DNA of 64,000 nt from Eledone cirrhosa (lineage: Eukaryota). Position 1 is the first letter of the stretch; every line of letters begins with the position of its first letter. A model generated the notes under the pieces. That model had not been told where the DNA came from and did no database searches. It worked only from the letters and a program-made list of their open reading frames with translations. A program made the position numbers and the translations under genes. Where the stretch lies: assembly GCA_964016885.1 (NCBI GenBank), contig OZ024743.1, forward strand, positions 247,938,001-248,002,000, read 5' to 3'. This document shows, piece after piece, positions 56,921 to 64,000 of this stretch.

Positions 56921-58559
56921 AAGCAAACGCCACAATCAAAATGCCCATGATCTCACTAACACAGCAATGAATACCCTTAACGTAATTCGCAGGGAGATTC
57001 AGCGCATCACCACCACCACTTTCAGTTAGAATTATCCCAGAAGATAGAATATAACCCTGTCTGAATAAACTAATTCTAGAGTATCACGTATCTATTTATT
57101 TTTGGCCTGCACTACCACAGCCGCCTCCTCCTCTGCCATCATCACCACCACCACCACTATATATATAGATATATATCTAGAACACACCCTAGTTAAATAA
57201 ATACATGTATGGTCATATATACATATATACATATATATATATATATATTTATATATATATTTGTTTTTCTTTTTCTTTTTTTGATAAGTCATTCCACATG
57301 ACTGATGTTGTCCTCTATATAAAAGTATCTTCATCAAGTTTCCAGCCTAAACACGGTGACTAAACGGATGTTTTCAATACAAAGACAATCCTCAATCGAT
57401 TGAAACATACAAGGAACACATTGAAGGTCAAGTGGTAGATCTTAGAGAGAGAGAGAGGGGGGGGAGCGACGCACATACACATATAGACATAGAGAAAGCG
57501 AGAGACTCACACATACACACACACAAAAAAAAGATACGCACATACACATAGACACAGTGAAGCGCACGTACACTGTAAATAACAACGGTTGATTGTACGC
57601 AAGAAGTATCCTACATCCGTCACCAAACTAAATTAAATAGTTTATATACACGTTTTGATGTTGGTAATGCTGATATCTGATAATAATAACAAAAATAATT
57701 ATTTTTAGAGTCAGCATAGTCGATTAAGTGGAACCTGTATATTACTGGTACTTCGTTAATCGAACAGGAATGATAAAAAGCTTAGACGATGGGTATTTAG
57801 CACCCTAATTTTGTCCTATATTGTGCACCCCATATATCTATTAAGCTACAGTTTGGTAAACTGATAAATCTAGTTTATGGTACTTCTTGTTCTGACCACA
57901 CTAAGAACATTACTAAGCCTGTATTTTCCACTACAGTCCACACTCACTCATCCAAATCATGTGACATATCATAATACAATACGATCCTCCTCACCGCTTT
58001 TGGATATTTTCACAACGCTACTACGGGGCAAAGATGTTAGGTGATTTATTTATTGACCCCAAGAAAATATTATATATTTATTTAAATTATACACATTTGT
58101 ATAAAACTGCGGTCCTTTCATATCCAGTAATGCATATCTTTAAGGAGTGTGCCTAAGACAGTTGTTTAGTTGGTCTAATGGCAGTAGCAACCCCAACTAC
58201 ACCACAACTCATTGATAACTTTTTATATCGAAACACAAAAAAAATATACTTAAAGATCATCTAGACTGTGAGGTAAAAATCATATACATATTTGTTACAA
58301 CACATGCATCCTCTGCAATTGCATTTGATCAATTATTTATAACTACATGGAAATAACAGCACCATAGAACAGTGGTTCCCAAAGTTATTTTGTCGCCGAA
58401 CCCTTATAAGATTTTCAGAAAACTCCTATATTTTACGGGTAATCTTCACCACACTAATTGAAAAAACAAAAAAAAATTAAACTAAACAAAATTTATCTTA
58501 GAGAGAGTTTTTTTATTCATTCTTTTATTCTTTTACTAGTTCCAGTCATTGTTCATGGG

Positions 58560-58674
58560 TATCAATCCCAGTAATTAGATTTTTTTCAAGTCTGGTACTT
58601 ATTTTATCAATCCCTTTTTGTTGAACCACTAAGTTACGGGACATAAACACACACTCCCTCATTACGGGACATAA

Positions 58675-58722
<48 letters not shown>

Positions 58723-58850
58723 GCACACGACGAGTTTCTGCAATTTACGTCGTACAAATTTCACTTTAAAAAAGGCACTATAGAAAAGGTCACGTGCTCA
58801 AGGTACCACTCAGCAGTTCAAAACCCGGAACCACGTGGTTGTGAAGTGGA
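58560..58850 (-). mobile_element. SINE, family B-related
   Basis: CTGGTACTTATTTTATC..GAACCACTAAGTTACGGGAC..GGAACCACGTGGTTG. Confidence 0.65.
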
Positions 58851-59227
58851 AAAAAAAACTTTTTTTTTTTAATTAAAATATTCGCACAATATGATGGGGT
58901 TCACAACGGAAAGGAGAATCTCGAGTCCCTACACCGATGTTGAAACATGGGACATTCCAATAAAATGTCTGGTACCGAAAAAAATAAAAGAAGCCGATGA
59001 AAGAAGACATTCTATCGTCAGCTTAAACAGTTTTTATAATTAATTAAATCTATATTATAATCATTGTACAGCCTTTTTACTCGTCTGTGACACATATCTA
59101 TCAAGACATTAAAAAATGTCTTATATTTATGTTCCGTGAATTCTAAATAAGCAAAAGACGAGGAGCAAATGTTTTAAAACGTTCTCTGCTAACGGTGTTG
59201 TTTATCTGATTCTTCTATTACACATAC

Positions 59228-59330
<103 letters not shown>

Positions 59331-59757
59331 GATCGAGTATCGAAAAATCGGCGCACGAGTTCACGATAAACAATATTCGAAATGAGCGGCAGAGGGCTCA
59401 ATAATTCAGATGAATCAGAGCTATAACTATCGTTAAAATACCGTCACACATAGAACAAGTCTAAAATCAACCATACGATAAAAAATCGATAATAGAAGAT
59501 TCGGGACAATCAGATAAAAAATATCAATAAAACAATACATCAATATATATATATTAAAATAACAGATTAAAGTTTAAGCAAATAATCGCTGCTTTCACCC
59601 TTAACGAGATCTTATATATTTATCCTTATCGAGCCCTCTTTGGATTATAGTCTCCACATTTATTATTATTATTATTATATATATATATATTCGTATGTAG
59701 TTGAATATTTAAACTCTACCGAAGTAGAGTTTAAATATTAATTTTATTAAGGCTTGG

Positions 59758-59830
59758 TACTCTCGAGTTTCGCATGCTTATCACAAGTCTGATGATCATG
59801 TGGTAAGCAGGCGAAACTCCAGAGTAACAA
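59758..59830 (+). ncRNA. Hammerhead-like motif inside a 28 bp inverted repeat
   Basis: CTGATGA..GCAGGC-GAAA-CTCcaGAG-TA; 59758-59785 is an inverted copy of 59799-59826. Confidence 0.55.
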
Positions 59831-61019
59831 GACTGACTATTTAGCGTGAATAAAATGAATGTGTGTTGTGGGTGTGTGTAAACCTTATGAATTATCGAAG
59901 CGCTAGGAATGTTTGTAATTTGAAAATTTGAGCGGTCCAAACGCAGAAAATAACTAATAATAGTCAAACAATATAGATAACAAATGAGAAAATTGGGTAA
60001 ATTACCCTTAGTGGCGATAAACGGTGCATTTCTGTATACTTTTTCCGTCTCTTAGCCAATTTTCTCATCTATTATATATATTGATCAACTGCTATTACAG
60101 TGTTTTTTCGCATTTGGGTACATATAATCTATAAACATAGCTTTGTTAAAATTTGGCGAAGAAACCGAATATTTTTTAGTCCGTTAAACTAATTTTAGTA
60201 AAAGACATCTTATCTCGCTGAACACCAGAGTTTTTTCATTGAACTCTGGGGTTTCTTGGAGTCCACTTTAATAAATACTACTCTAGAATATTACACAATA
60301 AAATTTTAAAATTATTATCTCACCTCCACATAAAAATAGTAAAATCGTGTAAATTATATCATAGAACCTCTTAGTTATATCTATTTTTTATCTCAATAAT
60401 TTTTTTTTTACAATTAGTTCACCTGACGTCCCGGGTCTCCGAACCACCTCCACACTCAGTTTGATCGAGATTGAGATAACCATACTAAAGAACGAGACAC
60501 ACAAAATGAACTGGCTTTTTTCAGTGCATCTCCTTCGCCATCCACTGGAGTAATGCATCCGCCATTTTCTTCTCCTTAACCATGAAGTATTTGCATGGCA
60601 CGTCATGATCTAAATTGTTTATTGTATTCACGAAATAAAAATGTATACATCACTCAGTATATTTGATTAGTCTTTTCTTTTTATACAAAACTTTCTGTCT
60701 GTCCCCTTAGAAACCGTTCAGAGTTGACATACGACGGGCGACACTTTTTTTAGATTGTAAATGAATAAATATATTTATAGAAATATTGTCTGAGATTCTG
60801 TTCTACATTGTTTCAGGCGCCAGTTAGAGTTGAGAGTAACATAAAAGTAGAATTATAGACCCATTAAAATGTCTTTTTATGAGAATCCTTAGGTAGGTCA
60901 TCATTGCATTCGGATCAAAGTTAAACTGCCAATATTAATGTTAAACTTACATTGAATAAGTAAGTCAAGTTTGTATTTTAGACACCAGTGAAAGAGGGCT
61001 TTTTTTCCACGTTTGACGA

Positions 61020-61240
61020 AGGCCAGAGCGTATTCCACTTTCGTGTGGCATTAAGTATCAGTCCATCGTAAGGTTACTCCCAGCTACTGCTGTTGGTACT
61101 CATTTCAGGCTGAGTGGACTAAAGCAATGTGAAGTGAAGAGCCTAGCTCAAAGACACAGCACGCAGATTAGTCCGGAGATCGGACCCATGATTTTACATT
61201 CATGAGATCAATACCTTAACCACGAGACCATGCACCTTCA
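61020..61240 (-). mobile_element. tRNA-derived SINE, family C
   Basis: GGTACTCATTT..GCTGAGTGGACT..GCTCAAAGACAC..CCTTAACCAC. Confidence 0.75.
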
Positions 61241-62351
61241 TAAAAGGAGAAGGAAGTAAACACACATATAAAAGGATTTTATTTTCCCTAAGTAAAGATA
61301 TACCAACAACTATGTTAACATTGTAGTTATTGTCAATTAAATGACGAAAGGCTTCAATATCTCCCTCTAGTCCTATATAAAAAGACAACAGCTGTGTTAA
61401 TGGAGACAATTAAAAAATATTACACAGAAACCCATTATGAACACTAAGTTTCGAGCAATTTTCAAGTCGAGAACCACCAGTCACTTGCCAAACACTTCAA
61501 ATAGAGTGTCTTTACTTTGCATCAAAAGCGAAATATATCATAACTCAATTTTATAGTTGGCTCCTTATTCTTTTACAGTTTTTAGTTATTTATTTAGGTT
61601 CTATAAGGCCTAGCAAAACCTTCCCAATATCGCGATGGGAAGTAAAAAAAAAATGGAGTTGATATATATTCACACACCATATATATATATGCGTATATAC
61701 ATATAGAAGAAATTGTGATTTTTCAAAACCAAGAGAGGTGATGGTCTCTGTCAGGTTTTAAATGCCCAAGCAACGTTGTACGTCACTACAGCGCCCCTAT
61801 GACTCCACCAGGAGTTACGGGGGCATACATACATTATTCAAGGTATGTAATCCTTACAGTCACGCTTAAACTGTTTCGACGGTAGTCCATTTACTTACTT
61901 TACATCGATTTCTATTTTAATCTTATGGCTTAATTTAATACAAGACTAGATGTCGAAACAGACGCAACATCCACTCTTCTCAATGACTCATTTCAACATA
62001 AATATCCACCTTGGAGAATTGTGGTACCCATATCATTCACAAGGACGTTAGCAATGAAAATAAAACGATTCCAATTTGGGGGTGAAAATGTTATCGTGAA
62101 ATAGGTTTGTTACAAAGCCATGACATTGCAATTAATTATTAAAGTATTAACTAGAGATGTAACTTTAAACAAGTGGAACGAGCTGCTGTTTAGTTCCGCA
62201 TAATGGCACCACAGTAATATTTTATAAATTAGGTATAAACACTCCGGCAAGCATATCTCAATACACAATTTCTCATGGAATATGAAATCACAGTTCGGAC
62301 GACAAGAATAACATATTTATCCTTTCAGCCATTGTGCCTCTCCAGACATAA

Positions 62352-62625
62352 CGATTTCTAACTTAGGTCGAAGGTCAGATATGTTATATGCAAATGATGT
62401 CATCGATTTCATTCATTCTAACATTTTACTGGTACTTTATTTGATTGAATCCGCAATGATAAAAAAAATAATTATTTATTTATTTTTAATAATTTCTTTA
62501 ATAACACAAAAAAAGACAAAAAAAAACAGATCAATCTCTGTGGGATTTGAACTTAGAACTCAAAGAGACACGACTAAACACTGCAATGTATTTCATCAAG
62601 CACTTAACTGATTGTGCCACCCACC
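62352..62625 (-). mobile_element. SINE family A with AT-rich insertion
   Basis: ACTGGTACTTTATT..GGGATTTGAACT. Confidence 0.65.
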
Positions 62626-62644
62626 TTCTCACTCTCCGATTATA

Positions 62645-62860
62645 ATGTTGACGTGCAAAACCAGCCGGAAAGGGACCCAGGGGTAGACCCCGAGCAAGAT
62701 AGTTGGATAACATCCATGAGCTTGGCTAGTCACGCTTGGGGATCCAGCCGGATCAGTTGGAGACGGTTGTTTCTGACAGGACCCACTGGAAGGAATGTTT
62801 GAGGACTCTGCCCCCACTCTGCCCCCCTCTCAGGAATAAGTGGGCGAAGACGAAGAATAT
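62645..62860 (+). mobile_element. RTE-clade (Expander/Rex3-like) LINE 3' end
   Basis: KPAGKGPRGRPRAR*LDNIHELG*SRLGIQPDQLETVVSDRTHWKECLRTLPP; typical RTE C-terminus with two Trp-to-stop changes. Confidence 0.8.
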
Positions 62861-62899
62861 AGCAGGCGGTTTCGCCGATAAGTGTTCCAGTCGTTCAAT

Positions 62900-63200
62900 C
62901 AACATAACAGCCGGCTCGTATAATTAATGCAGTGGTTGAGTATTCCAAAGACACGTGTACCTTTAATGTAATTTCTCAGGAAGATTCAGCTTGACAAAGA
63001 GTGTCATAATGCTGGTTCTTTGAATTACAGATAGTTTAACCGACGGGCTTCCAAACATTTTCCGTCTACCCAATTTCTCTCACGAGGCATGGATCGACCC
63101 GAGACTAAGGTAAACGATACTTTCCCAAGATGCCACACAGTGGGGTCGAACACGAGATCTAATGATTGCAAAGCGAACTTCTTAACTATTCGGCCATGAT
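62900..63200 (-). mobile_element. SINE family B with tail domain
   Basis: GATTCAGC..TTTGAATTACAG..CCGTCTACC..CCCAAGATGCCACACAGTGGGGTCGAAC. Confidence 0.75.
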
Positions 63201-63764
63201 AACGAAATATGTAACGAATCAGATAGCGAAAACCATATTAAGTAGTTTGACTCTCCGCTGCTTTAGCTGATAATGTCAACATATAATAATTACACATCTC
63301 TCAGTACTTTATTGAGTTTAACTGTATGGGACAGGATCATTTATCTTACAATCGGACTTCTTATCGGGCTCCATGTTTTGAAAACCAAATTTAATACTTG
63401 TAGCACATGAAATCTGACGAAACCGATGCGAACGAATTCTTTAAATACTTTAATGGAAAAAAAAAGGATTAACAGCAACAAGAAAACATTTGGGGTGTTA
63501 GTGATTATGTAATTTATTTTTTTTTAAACCAAAAATACTTATTTTTAAATGTATTTCCTCAAGAGAACTAAAATAAGCATAAGACAACAACAACACCAGC
63601 AACAACGTAATGTAAACTATAAACACACTACGCTGGAAGTAAATAGCTACGATGATTAAAATGTCTAAATATTGAAACAAATGTAATTCCACACAAATGT
63701 GAGTCTTTCTCATTTTAGTTCCTAATTCTTTGCTGTGTTAGTGACGTTATGGTCACTTTGTTTG

Positions 63765-64000
63765 GGGACGTGGCTTAGTGGTTAGGCTGTTCGGCTCATG
63801 GCCGTAAAGTCGTGCACTGTGTCCTTGAGCAAGACACTTTATTGCTCCAGACAATTCAGCTATGGAAAATTGAGTTGTACAGTAATTTCAAGGGCTAGCT
63901 ATGTAACTCTTGTGTCACGCTGAATCTCTCTGAGAACTACATTAAGGTTACATGGGTCAGTGGAATGCTCAGTCACTTGTACATTAATTTCACGAGCAAG
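63765..64000 (+). mobile_element. tRNA-derived SINE, family C
   Basis: GGACGTGGCTTAGTGGTTAG A-box; GTGTCCTTGAGCAAGACACTT. Confidence 0.8.

Overview
AT-rich eukaryotic, repeat-dominated DNA. The SINE families, Penelope remnants and (TA)n density look like octopus/cephalopod sequence (inference). The centre (about 16878-47346) is a 30.5 kb minisatellite of a ~41 bp unit with nested higher-order duplications, including a near-identical 13.5 kb tandem duplication. The flanks hold microsatellites, tRNA-derived SINEs, RTE LINE fragments, MITEs and two Penelope-like GIY-YIG remnants. They also hold about a dozen sequence-diverse type I hammerhead ribozyme motifs in small elements sitting in (TA)n tracts (non-autonomous Penelope/retrozyme-like). 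One motif has its three hammerhead strands in a scrambled, non-circularly permuted order. Two in-phase minus-strand exons near 5.3-5.8 kb probably form the 3' end of an unidentified gene. Nearly all long ORFs in the track are microsatellite artefacts.
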